Of a DNA stretch of 64,000 bases, positions 18,665 to 26,820 are shown piece by piece (position 1 is the first letter of the stretch; each line of letters begins with the position of its first letter). The position numbers and the translations under genes are program-made. The stretch lies in the NCBI GenBank assembly GCA_016432345.1, contig CP066685.1:112236-176235 (forward strand). The letters are read 5' to 3'. The notes under the pieces are model-generated. The model worked only from the letters and a program-made list of their open reading frames with translations, was not told the DNA's origin and did not search any database. Source of the DNA: Candidatus Levyibacteriota bacterium (lineage in GTDB: Bacteria > Patescibacteriota > Microgenomatia > Levybacterales > UBA12049).

Positions 18665-19832
18665 GGCTTAACGCAACGCCCTTTTTATTTGCCCGTCCTG
18701 TTCGGCCAATTCTGTGGATGTAGTCTTCGTATGATTCTGGAAGGTCGTAATTAATAACGTGCGTGACGTTATTAATATCCAAACCACGTGATGCTATATC
18801 TGTTGCCAAAAGGATATTAACTTTATTTTGCTTAAAAGCATCAAGTGCTCGTTGTCTTTGATTTTGTCTCTTATTGCCATGAATGGCTGCTACTTTAAAT
18901 CCTTTAAAGCTAAGCTGTTTTGCTAATTTTTCGATTCCCCATTTGGTGCGTCCAAAAAGCAGTACCTTGTCAAATCCTTTTTGAATAAGTAAATCGTGCA
19001 ATACATCAATTTTTAGCCTTCCATTTGTTTTGACAACATCTTGGTCAACATTAACTGCAGTATCTTGTGTCTTAACAGATATAGTAAGGGGATTTTTTAA
19101 AAATGTATGGATAATTCCTTGCGCGTCCTTAGAAATAGTGGCTGAAAAAAATAACGATTGGCGGGCATTTGGTAAATGAGAAATAATAAGCTTAACGTCG
19201 TTAATAAAACCCATATCAAGCATGCGGTCAACTTCGTCCAATACAATGTTGTTAAATAAAGCAAAATTAAGTTTTCTTTGCATATTAAGGTCTTTTAGTC
19301 TGCCTGGTGTGCCAATAACCACATTGTGGTTTCTGCGAAGAGCATAAATTTGTTTATGTATGCTGGCGCCGCCAATGCACAGCACAGAAAATATTTGTGT
19401 GTTTCGGGCAAGTGCTTTAAAATCGTCTTCAATTTGTACGGCTAATTCTCTGGTTGGCGCCACAATTAATACTTTTTGAGAATTATCCAAGATAATTTTA
19501 TTAAGAAGCGGTATTAAAAACGCCGCGGTTTTTCCAGTTCCTGTGTTGGCGATACCAACAACATCATGGCCTTTAAGTAGTTCTGGAATGGCTTGATCTT
19601 GAATAGGAGTAGGCCTACTATAGCCAAGTGTTTTAATGTTTTGTTTGATTGTTTGGTTTATCAGAAAGTTGTCAAAGGTGTTTTTTGGTTGGTAGGAATC
19701 TTCCACAATGTTTTCTGCCTTTTTTACCAGCATGGACATGTCAAATTGCCATCTCTTTCGAGATGGTCCAGAAAAACGTCTTTGTCCAAAAGGTCTGGAA
19801 AAAGGGCGATTTGTGCGTGATCTATGAAACAT
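18654..19832 (-). CDS. DEAD-box ATP-dependent RNA helicase with an Arg-rich N-terminal tail
   Basis: F..F Q-motif region, AxxGxGKT (ANTGTGKT), VLDEVD (a DEAD variant), SAT, HRIGRTGR. ATG at 19832. Confidence 0.9.
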   Translation of the reverse strand: MFHRSRTNRPFSRPFGQRRFSGPSRKRWQFDMSMLVKKAENIVEDSYQPKNTFDNFLINQTIKQNIKTLGYSRPTPIQDQAIPELLKGHDVVGIANTGTGKTAAFLIPLLNKIILDNSQKVLIVAPTRELAVQIEDDFKALARNTQIFSVLCIGGASIHKQIYALRRNHNVVIGTPGRLKDLNMQRKLNFALFNNIVLDEVDRMLDMGFINDVKLIISHLPNARQSLFFSATISKDAQGIIHTFLKNPLTISVKTQDTAVNVDQDVVKTNGRLKIDVLHDLLIQKGFDKVLLFGRTKWGIEKLAKQLSFKGFKVAAIHGNKRQNQRQRALDAFKQNKVNILLATDIASRGLDINNVTHVINYDLPESYEDYIHRIGRTGRANKKGVALSLID

Positions 19833-20051
19833 AATATTTGAGAGATGAAAGTAATAAAACTGCCTAAATAAGAAATTTATTTGTTGATGAGAAGAAAGAT
19901 ACAAATTAAAGATTATGCGAGGTATCTTAATCTTAGCTTATCAAAATAGATTTAAAATTAAGCAGATGTATTGCTTCCATCTACTATTAACAGGTAGTAT
20001 ACACTAATAAGATGTAAAAGTCAATAGACTATAGGATTTATTATTTTGTGC

Positions 20052-20198
20052 TTAGTATTGTATGCCGCCTTTGCTTGCAAGGATAAAATAGTAAACAAGC
20101 GCATAGATAATACCTCCAATAACCACATATAAAAGTATCCATTGCCAAAGTGGTCGTTTTCCGTAACCATAGCTTTTATTTTCTGTAGTTTCTTCCAT
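20052..20198 (-). CDS. Small single-TM protein (48 aa)
   Basis: MEETTENKSYGYGKRPLWQWILLYVVIGGIIYALVYYFILASKGGIQY; ATG at 20198. The longer track ORF upstream of this has no coding support. Confidence 0.4.
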   Translation of the reverse strand: MEETTENKSYGYGKRPLWQWILLYVVIGGIIYALVYYFILASKGGIQY

Positions 20199-20362
20199 TG
20201 TTTTTATAGTGGCAGTAAAATTGATAAAAGTCAAGAGTTTTTTGTTCAGAAAATTACAATAGGGAATTGAGTCAAAAACTAATATAGGTAGATTTGTAGT
20301 TAAATTGATGATAAAATAATCACACATTCCGCCGAGTCTGACTCGGTTGGAAAGTTAGACTT

Positions 20363-20437
20363 TCCGGTGTAGCTCAATGGTAGAGCAGGTCGCTGTTAAC
20401 GACAAGGTTAGAGGTCCGAGTCCTCTCGCCGGAGCCA
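20363..20437 (+). tRNA. tRNA-Asn (anticodon GTT) with encoded CCA
   Basis: Hand-folded cloverleaf: acceptor TCCGGTG/CGCCGGA, D arm GCTC-AATGGTA-GAGC, anticodon loop CT-GTT-AA, T arm AGAGG-TCCGAGT-CCTCT, discriminator G, CCA. Confidence 0.85.
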
Positions 20438-20697
20438 AGATTGTCTTATTAGAAGTTGATGCTTCTTTTTAAGCGTGGAAAAGATTGGAATTTCAACGAC
20501 TTTTGCCACTTTCTTGTCCTTAATATAGAACCTTAAACCTTGCGACTAAATCAGAAGGGAACATTCTATAAAGAATGCTAGGCGAGGTCTGGAGCTGTAT
20601 ATATTCCCTGTGTTGCTCAAAACCACTTCGGGTTGGAATGTAAGACAACACCCTCCAAAGGGAGTAGAACCCTATAGTTTATTTATGCCTTTTATAC

Positions 20698-20706
20698 TGG
20701 TATAAT
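20698..20706 (+). promoter_or_regulatory. Extended -10 (TGgTATAAT) 10 nt upstream of the CNNM/CorC gene ATG
   Basis: acTGGTATAATtacttcaaatATG read directly. Confidence 0.4.
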
Positions 20707-20716
20707 TACTTCAAAT

Positions 20717-22033
20717 ATGGAATTTATTATTCAGTTGTTATCTGTTATTTTGTTAGTTTTACTTAACGGATATTTTGTGGCTTCTGAATTTGCCCTGGTT
20801 GCTGTTAGAAAGACGCGGATAGATGAATTAGTAAGAAAGGGTAATGCAACTGCAAAATTAGTGCAAAAAGCCTTAATTGATCTTGATAGTTTTATATCGG
20901 CGACACAACTGGGCATAACGCTGGCAAGTTTGGGTCTTGGATGGATTGGAGAGCCGGCAATCGCGCATTTTCTGGAACCTTATTTTGCGTTTTTACCAAA
21001 CAATGCTTCATTTCTTACTGCTCATGCAGTATCAATAATTATTGCTTTTACTATTATTACTTTTCTTCATATAGTGCTTGGCGAGTTAGCCCCAAAGACA
21101 ATTGCTCTTCAAAGAGCAGAAATAACGTCTTTGTTTATTATTGCCCCGTTAACTGTTTTTACCAAGATTTTTAGTCCTTTTATTTGGATTCTTAATGGAG
21201 CGGGCAGCATAGTGCTTAAGCTTTTTGGTTTTACCGCTCCAACCGGTCATCAACTTGTTCACTCGGAAGAGGAAATTAGAATGATACTTGCCCAAAGCGC
21301 CCAAAGTGGAGCTATTCCCAAAAAAGAAGTTGAGATGTTGTACAGCGTTTTTAGGCTTGGCGATATTCCAGTAAAGCAGATTATGGTTCCACGAACAGAT
21401 ATTGTCGCGTTTAATGTTTCGACATCTTTAAGAAAAATAATTAAACAGGTGAAGCTACATCCTCACAGTCGTTTTCCTGTTTATGAACATTCTATAGATA
21501 CAGTAATTGGTTTTGTACATATAAAAGATATATACAAGGAGGTTTTAAAATCAAAAAAAGAAAAGAGATTATCAGAAACAAAACTTGTCCGAGTAATCAT
21601 GGGTGTGCCTGAAACAAAAAGAATTGATGAGGTGCTTTTGGATATGCGAAAGAAACGAGTGCATATTGCAGTGGTTAATGACGAATATGGAGGGACTGCG
21701 GGAATGGTAACGCTTGAGGATATTCTTGAGAGTTTGGTTGGTGAAATACAGGATGAGTTTGAACAGCCGCTACGCGACATGCAAAAACAGAAAGACGGAA
21801 GCTATCTTGTTGATGGATTAACTGCTGTGGAAAAAGTACAAAGTAAATTTAATCTATCAATGAAGGGTCAGGGTTATACCACAATTGGAGGATTGGTTTT
21901 TGGATTGCTTGGGCGACAGCCAGAACAAGGTGATACGGTACAAATTGGCACCATTATTTTTCAGGTCGAAAAAACCGAAGGTAAAAGAATTAGCATGCTT
22001 CGATTAAAGAAAGAATCAAAAAAAAGCAGATAA
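20717..22033 (+). CDS. CNNM/CorC/HlyC-family divalent-cation transporter (DUF21 + CBS pair + CorC_HlyC)
   Basis: 438 aa; N-terminal 4-TM DUF21 (...LNGYFVASEFALVAVRKTRI...GELAPK), CBS region (IMVPRTDIV...), C-terminal ...GYTTIGGLVFGLLGRQPEQGD... Confidence 0.85.
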   Translation: MEFIIQLLSVILLVLLNGYFVASEFALVAVRKTRIDELVRKGNATAKLVQKALIDLDSFISATQLGITLASLGLGWIGEPAIAHFLEPYFAFLPNNASFLTAHAVSIIIAFTIITFLHIVLGELAPKTIALQRAEITSLFIIAPLTVFTKIFSPFIWILNGAGSIVLKLFGFTAPTGHQLVHSEEEIRMILAQSAQSGAIPKKEVEMLYSVFRLGDIPVKQIMVPRTDIVAFNVSTSLRKIIKQVKLHPHSRFPVYEHSIDTVIGFVHIKDIYKEVLKSKKEKRLSETKLVRVIMGVPETKRIDEVLLDMRKKRVHIAVVNDEYGGTAGMVTLEDILESLVGEIQDEFEQPLRDMQKQKDGSYLVDGLTAVEKVQSKFNLSMKGQGYTTIGGLVFGLLGRQPEQGDTVQIGTIIFQVEKTEGKRISMLRLKKESKKSR

Positions 22034-22043
22034 CCAGAAGATA

Positions 22044-22052
22044 TGGTAGTAT
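22044..22052 (+). promoter_or_regulatory. Extended -10-like (TGgTAGTAT) 6 nt upstream of the ZIP gene ATG
   Basis: atATGGTAGTATaaaattATG read directly. Confidence 0.3.
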
Positions 22053-22058
22053 AAAATT

Positions 22059-22823
22059 ATGTCTACATTAGGCTACATTCTTATTTTTACATTTATAGGT
22101 AGTATTGGTGCGTTAGTTGGCGGTATGATACTACTTTCCTGGGAAAAACTTGCTATTAAAGTGTCGCATTTTTTGGCAAGTTTTGCAGCAGGCACATTAT
22201 TGGGCGCTGCTTTTTTCGATCTTCTGCCGGAGGCCATGCACGAAGGAGAAACTACAGAGGTAAATATATTTTTGTGGTCGCTTGTTGGTATTGTCTTTTT
22301 CTTTCTTCTTGAACGTTTTATTCATTGGTTCCATCATCACGAAGAGCATCACGAACACGAAAAAGAAGCAAAGACAACCATACCCCTTATTGTTATTAGT
22401 GATACGGTGCATAATTTTATCGATGGTGTTGTAATTGCCGCGACATTTTTAGTAAGTATTCCACTTGGGATAGTAACAACGTTTGCAGTTGCTGCTCATG
22501 AGATACCTCAAGAAATTGGCGATTTTGGTTTGTTACTTCATAAAGGTATGAAAAAGAAAAAAATTATAGTGGTAAATGTTGTTAGCGCTGCTGCGGCATT
22601 TGCCGGCGCAATATTAACTTATGTTATTGGTGACGTAATGGAAATGTATGTCCCGATATTTTTGTCTATAACCGCCGGGTTTTTTATGTATATTGCTTTG
22701 TCGGATTTGATTCCGGAAATACACTACGAAAAAAGAAAAGGCTTTGCCTTTTGGGAAAGCATATTGTTGGTATTAGGAATAGCAGTTGTTTGGCTTTCTG
22801 TTTCTTTTCTAGAGCATAGTTAA
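22059..22823 (+). CDS. ZIP-family (ZupT-like) metal transporter with a His-rich loop
   Basis: ...HWFHHHEEHHEHEKE... loop; conserved ...AAHEIPQEIGDFGLLL... ZIP signature. Confidence 0.85.
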   Translation: MSTLGYILIFTFIGSIGALVGGMILLSWEKLAIKVSHFLASFAAGTLLGAAFFDLLPEAMHEGETTEVNIFLWSLVGIVFFFLLERFIHWFHHHEEHHEHEKEAKTTIPLIVISDTVHNFIDGVVIAATFLVSIPLGIVTTFAVAAHEIPQEIGDFGLLLHKGMKKKKIIVVNVVSAAAAFAGAILTYVIGDVMEMYVPIFLSITAGFFMYIALSDLIPEIHYEKRKGFAFWESILLVLGIAVVWLSVSFLEHS

Positions 22824-23072
22824 TCTATTCATTTTAAGTTTCTTCCAGCTTAGGTGTTCATAAACACTAGACCAAAGAAAACCTAGGCTTGCGGCAAAAA
22901 GCAGTTCTTCAAGGGGTATACCAAGAATAAGAAGACCTGAAATTGCTTTTAGATTCTAAACTTGCTCCACATAGCCCGGGAACATTACAATAAGTGTCAG
23001 AAAATACACAAAGTACAAGATAGTAAATACATCTCTTTCTTTACATATCTTGTTATTAATGCAATAATATAA
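22809..23072 (-). pseudogene. Possible remnant of a small membrane-protein gene with an in-frame TAG
   Basis: Own translation of one minus frame: ...ERDVFTILYFVYFLTLIVMFPGYVEQV*NLKAISGLLILGIPLEELLFAASLGFLWSSVYEHLSWKKL... There is no plausible start codon. The TAG is at the complement of 22956-22958. Confidence 0.2.
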
Positions 23073-23107
23073 TTATCTGATGAATTTTCTCAAAAGGAGG
23101 TGAAAAT

Positions 23108-23455
23108 ATGGCAAACAAAAATAATGGTGGGAGTAATCTCGTTGTTTATCTAGTAATAGCTGTTTTGATTGGTGGTTTAATTGGTTATCTTATTGGTCAA
23201 AATAACAGGCCGTTTTCCGGAAGCTATATGAATCAAACTGCTTCAATGATGAAAGATAGCGGTTCTACTATGATGCAAATGGGAAAAATGATGATGAGCG
23301 GTGGTCAAATGATGCAACAGAAGGGTCAAGGATATGGAGATTCGGAAATGATGCAACAAGGTAAAGATCTGGAGGAGAATGGCTCTATGATGCAAAATAA
23401 AGGCAACAGTGCACTTGAAAGAGGAAGCGGTATGATGCAGATGATGGGTCAATAA
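23108..23455 (+). CDS. Membrane-anchored Met/Gln/Gly-rich repeat protein
   Basis: 115 aa; strong SD (AAGGAGGTG); N-terminal TM; 20 Met in total in MM / MMQM / MMM clusters. Confidence 0.7.
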   Translation: MANKNNGGSNLVVYLVIAVLIGGLIGYLIGQNNRPFSGSYMNQTASMMKDSGSTMMQMGKMMMSGGQMMQQKGQGYGDSEMMQQGKDLEENGSMMQNKGNSALERGSGMMQMMGQ

Positions 23456-23685
23456 TTTTTCCTTGTCGTATACTATTTCCCAATGCCTTAGCTTTGGTTA
23501 AATAGTCAGTTCGATTAAAACTAGGAATAGAAGACAGTAGGATTTAATATACCAAGTTCAGCCTCAAGGGTGGCCTTAATAGCTTTATTTCAGCTATTAT
23601 ACTGTCGGAAATAGCCTCATTTTTACAGTTGACAATGTGAGTTATATTTGCTGGTATGTTGTAAAAGGAAGCCTGTTTTCTATTT

Positions 23686-24123
23686 TTAGACTGCGGCTTT
23701 CTTTTTATAAACTCTTTTTTTATTTGGTGCGGTAGCGACAGTTTCTTTTGATTGTTTATCTTCTTGAATTATTTGAGGCAAATGAGTTTTTGGTGTTATT
23801 TCAGTAATTTCGGTAACAGGTGTTAAAATTTTTAAAATTTTATCAAGTTTGGCATGTAATGCTACAAATTGTTCTTTATATAAAGGTTGTTCGGTAGTTT
23901 TGTTTTTGTCATCGTTTCTGTTGTCAAAATTGGACCTTCTATTATTTTGGAAACAGTCTCTACAAAAGATTGGTTTGCTGCCTGTTGGTTTAAAAGGAAC
24001 TTCACAGTCTTTTTTGCAGCTACTACATACTGTTTTGTGTAATTGTAGTCTGTTAAAGTCCCGACCTCCTTGTCCTGCATTACGTCTTCGACTAAATCTA
24101 TTGTTCATGTTAAAGTTTCCCAT
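23686..24123 (-). CDS. CxxC-x17-CxxC zinc-ribbon protein with an Arg/Gly-rich N-terminus
   Basis: ...CSSCKKDCEVPFKPTGSKPIFCRDC...: two CxxC motifs exactly 17 residues apart. Confidence 0.6.
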   Translation of the reverse strand: MGNFNMNNRFSRRRNAGQGGRDFNRLQLHKTVCSSCKKDCEVPFKPTGSKPIFCRDCFQNNRRSNFDNRNDDKNKTTEQPLYKEQFVALHAKLDKILKILTPVTEITEITPKTHLPQIIQEDKQSKETVATAPNKKRVYKKKAAV

Positions 24124-24195
24124 AACACATTATAACACGAAGCCACAAATTTGTTAGACCAATTTTGTTTGACAAATGTATATCATTCTGTTTAA

Positions 24196-24795
24196 ATGAG
24201 TAGAGATATGAAATGGATCAATAGATTATATATTTTGTTTTTAGGTATTATTTTATCTATTACAACAGGATTTGGGGTTGCGGCATTTTATCCACAGCCT
24301 GTAGCTCCTGCATATCCTTCATCGCCCTATGCAAGTATAGTTCCACAAAGTTGTTATGCAACACCAGAAACTCAATCCTCCCCTGACTGTCAAAAAGCAT
24401 TACAAGGGCAGCAGGTTAAGCAAAAAGAAGACGAAGTAAAGCGACAGCAGTACAATAATGAATATAAAATATATCAAGAAAAAAATTCAAGTTATACACG
24501 TACAGCAATCTTTTTTGGCATTGTTATTGGAGCGATTTTTGCGATTATTGGACTTGGGTTAATAAAGAAATCAAAGTTAATTACAACAGGATTGTTGTTA
24601 GGAGGCGTATTAACAGCTATTTTAACAAGGCTTCTTATTGGACTTGCTTCTTTTGGAGCATCGGTTACAAGCACATCAAGTCCAGATTCACTAGCGTATG
24701 TAGAGTTTGGTATATTATTTATTCTTTCAGTGGCAGTAATAGTTGTTGGGTTATTTAATTTAAAAGACCATGATGAGTTTGTTAATTCACCATAG
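24196..24795 (+). CDS. Hypothetical membrane protein (about 4 TM) with a Pro-rich extracytoplasmic loop
   Basis: 199 aa; hydrophobic segments at residues 10-30, 105-125, 130-155 and 170-190. No family recognised. Confidence 0.5.
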   Translation: MSRDMKWINRLYILFLGIILSITTGFGVAAFYPQPVAPAYPSSPYASIVPQSCYATPETQSSPDCQKALQGQQVKQKEDEVKRQQYNNEYKIYQEKNSSYTRTAIFFGIVIGAIFAIIGLGLIKKSKLITTGLLLGGVLTAILTRLLIGLASFGASVTSTSSPDSLAYVEFGILFILSVAVIVVGLFNLKDHDEFVNSP

Positions 24796-24797
24796 CC

Positions 24798-24822
24798 TTC
24801 TATAGTAGTATAGAAATTTTCT
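24798..24822 (+). terminator. Weak AT-rich hairpin plus U-rich tail after the 24196-24795 gene
   Basis: TTCTATA-gtag-TATAGAA followed by ATTTTCT. Confidence 0.3.
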
Positions 24823-24907
24823 ATCCAGATTTCTGTAAAGGGGAAGATTACCCGCTACCCATTTTCGATCCAATTCATAAAATAAAGCTGAAATAGATTT
24901 TTACTTC

Positions 24908-24916
24908 TGATATACT
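24908..24916 (+). promoter_or_regulatory. Extended -10 (TGaTATACT) 9 nt upstream of the EEP gene ATG
   Basis: tcTGATATACTaccaaaactATG read directly. Confidence 0.4.
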
Positions 24917-24925
24917 ACCAAAACT

Positions 24926-25681
24926 ATGAAGATACTCTCTTGGAATGTGTGGAGCGAGAATGTATCGATAACAAAAGCTATACGCTTTCTAAAAAAACAA
25001 AAAGCAGATATTATTTGTTTGCAGGAAGTTTCAAAAAAATTTTTGCAAAAATTAAAAAAACTTCCTAAATACCAGCTAGTTTGCGCAATTGATTTTTACT
25101 ACATAAAAAGTAAAAAAAGAAAGACTCCTTATTTTCTAGTCATGCTATCCAAAATTTCAATTGACACACATAAGGCGTTTCAGATTCCAACCGTGCAATA
25201 TGACTCAATTATTGCGCAAATCTTTGGCCTTGAAGAATGTATAGAAGGACAATACATAGACGTTATGTATAAAGACCAAAAGATCAGAATATTTAACGTT
25301 CATTTTCAATCCTATGTTCGGCCAAAAATTAGACTTAGACAATTTGAAAGTGTAATTCAGCAGTTTAATAATACGACACATAATATTGTTTGCGGCGATT
25401 TTAATACATTTGGATTTTGGCATTTTAATGTGGTGGTTGGGTGGATTTATAATTATTCCTGGGAAGAATTTTTTATGGATGAAAAAACACTGCTTGATGA
25501 AAGGCTTAAAAGATATAAACTTATTAATATATTTAATTGGGAAGTAACGTATCCTTGGCTTGGAGTGCAATTAGATTTTATATTAACGCAAAAAAATGCA
25601 AAAGTTCGCGGCAAACAAGTATTTCAAGAGACATTTGGATCAGATCATAGACCGATATTAGCAAATGTGCATATCACATAG
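24926..25681 (+). CDS. Endonuclease/exonuclease/phosphatase (EEP) family protein
   Basis: MKILSWNVW...DIICLQEV...CGDFNTF...GSDHRPILANV. Confidence 0.8.
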   Translation: MKILSWNVWSENVSITKAIRFLKKQKADIICLQEVSKKFLQKLKKLPKYQLVCAIDFYYIKSKKRKTPYFLVMLSKISIDTHKAFQIPTVQYDSIIAQIFGLEECIEGQYIDVMYKDQKIRIFNVHFQSYVRPKIRLRQFESVIQQFNNTTHNIVCGDFNTFGFWHFNVVVGWIYNYSWEEFFMDEKTLLDERLKRYKLINIFNWEVTYPWLGVQLDFILTQKNAKVRGKQVFQETFGSDHRPILANVHIT

Positions 25682-26246
25682 GAGATTGTTTTAATCTAAA
25701 TAGATATCCAATTCTTGTTGAGATAAGATGCAAGATAAACCATACAATAGTTAAAGTTATATACAAGTTGATAGGTAAGGGAATATAAAATACGGTAGTA
25801 ATTATTCCTCCAATAATATAATCAAGCTGGTCAAAAGGAAACCATAATTGCCCAGATGGAATACCCTTTTGTCTTTTAAAAAAGCTTTTTGTAGCGTCTC
25901 CGCCGAGTGCTCCAAGTCCACTTAATATCCCAAAAATCCATGAATTTATGGTTTCATAATTAATAAAAACAAAGGAGTGAATAAAAACAAATTTTGAATA
26001 GAGATATTTTTGTAAAAAAATAACTGCAATCGCAACAAGAATTCCTGTAATAAATCCTCTTATTGTTTTGTGGTTGTCAAATAGTCTTTTTCCACGAAAC
26101 AAAAGATAGCAGTCTAATGGGTATGACCAGTTTTTTAAGATGGGAATTTTGGCAACAAAAATCGGCGTGCAGTTGGCAAGGCCAGCCGGTAAAAAGAACC
26201 AGATTGCAAAGAGTATATCCTGTGGGATAGAATAAGCAAAAGACAT
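25674..26246 (-). CDS. carS: CDP-archaeol synthase-like protein (CarS / DUF46 family)
   Basis: ...LPAGLANCTPIFVAK...YPLDCYLLFRGKRLFDNHKTIRGF... and ...GGDATKSFFKRQKGIPSGQLWFPFDQLDY... match the CarS-family motifs as I recall them. Confidence 0.7.
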   Translation of the reverse strand: MSFAYSIPQDILFAIWFFLPAGLANCTPIFVAKIPILKNWSYPLDCYLLFRGKRLFDNHKTIRGFITGILVAIAVIFLQKYLYSKFVFIHSFVFINYETINSWIFGILSGLGALGGDATKSFFKRQKGIPSGQLWFPFDQLDYIIGGIITTVFYIPLPINLYITLTIVWFILHLISTRIGYLFRLKQSPM

Positions 26247-26820
26247 GAATTACCTCCTTCGTATTATATCTTATCCATTTCTGGGAGTTAATCCTAATAT
26301 CATTACAGTAATTGGGCTACTTTTTAGCTTTATATTTTTTGTCCTCATGATTTTCCATATGTATGTATTAGCATTTTTTGCTATTTTTGCGTCAATATTT
26401 GATGCAGTTGATGGGTATGTGGCTCGAAAAACTGGCAGGGTGTCGCGTTTTGGCGGTTTTTTTGACGCCACATCTGATAGAATTGCTGATTTTTTATATA
26501 TCACAGCATTTGGTTATGCAGGAATCGCTGCATGGAAAATTGTTGTTTTTGTCCTTTTTACAACAATGCTTGTTAGTTATACACGCGCTCGAGCGGAAGC
26601 TGCGTTTTTAGGCAAGTTAAAATTTAATAATGGATTATTGCAAAGAGCAGGCCGTATATTTTTAATTGGATTATCTTTACTTCTTTTTCTTGTTTTTCCA
26701 AATATTTCCATATTTGGTTTTAATAGTGTGGCAGCAGCATTTTTGCTGGTGAGTTTTTTAAACGTAATTACAGTAATACAGCGGACTATTTTTACCTACA
26801 AAATGGCGTCTGGCAATTAA
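26245..26820 (+). CDS. CDP-alcohol phosphatidyltransferase
   Basis: DAVDGYVARKTGRVSRFGGFFDATSDRIAD equals D-G-x2-A-R-x8-G-x3-D-x3-D. Confidence 0.85.
   Translation: MNYLLRIISYPFLGVNPNIITVIGLLFSFIFFVLMIFHMYVLAFFAIFASIFDAVDGYVARKTGRVSRFGGFFDATSDRIADFLYITAFGYAGIAAWKIVVFVLFTTMLVSYTRARAEAAFLGKLKFNNGLLQRAGRIFLIGLSLLLFLVFPNISIFGFNSVAAAFLLVSFLNVITVIQRTIFTYKMASGN

Noticed and set aside
19905-20051. Possible ncRNA in the gap upstream of the DEAD-box helicase
   Set aside because: Only a plausible minus-strand promoter was found (TTGACT, 17 nt, TATACT; complement of about 20003-20031), along with weak 5-bp hairpins. A long 5' UTR of the helicase explains the gap better.
20657-20667. AAAGGGAGTAG resembling the GGGGAGUAG core of the yybP-ykoY Mn riboswitch
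   Set aside because: Only about 50 nt remain before the start codon. The second conserved half (the UUGACA / AGCAAGACC-type segment) is absent. The match is one short motif.
20438-20716. Integrated mobile element using tRNA-Asn as an attachment site
   Set aside because: There is no integrase or recombinase ORF, and I found no copy of the tRNA 3' end downstream. The flanking genes are ordinary transporters.
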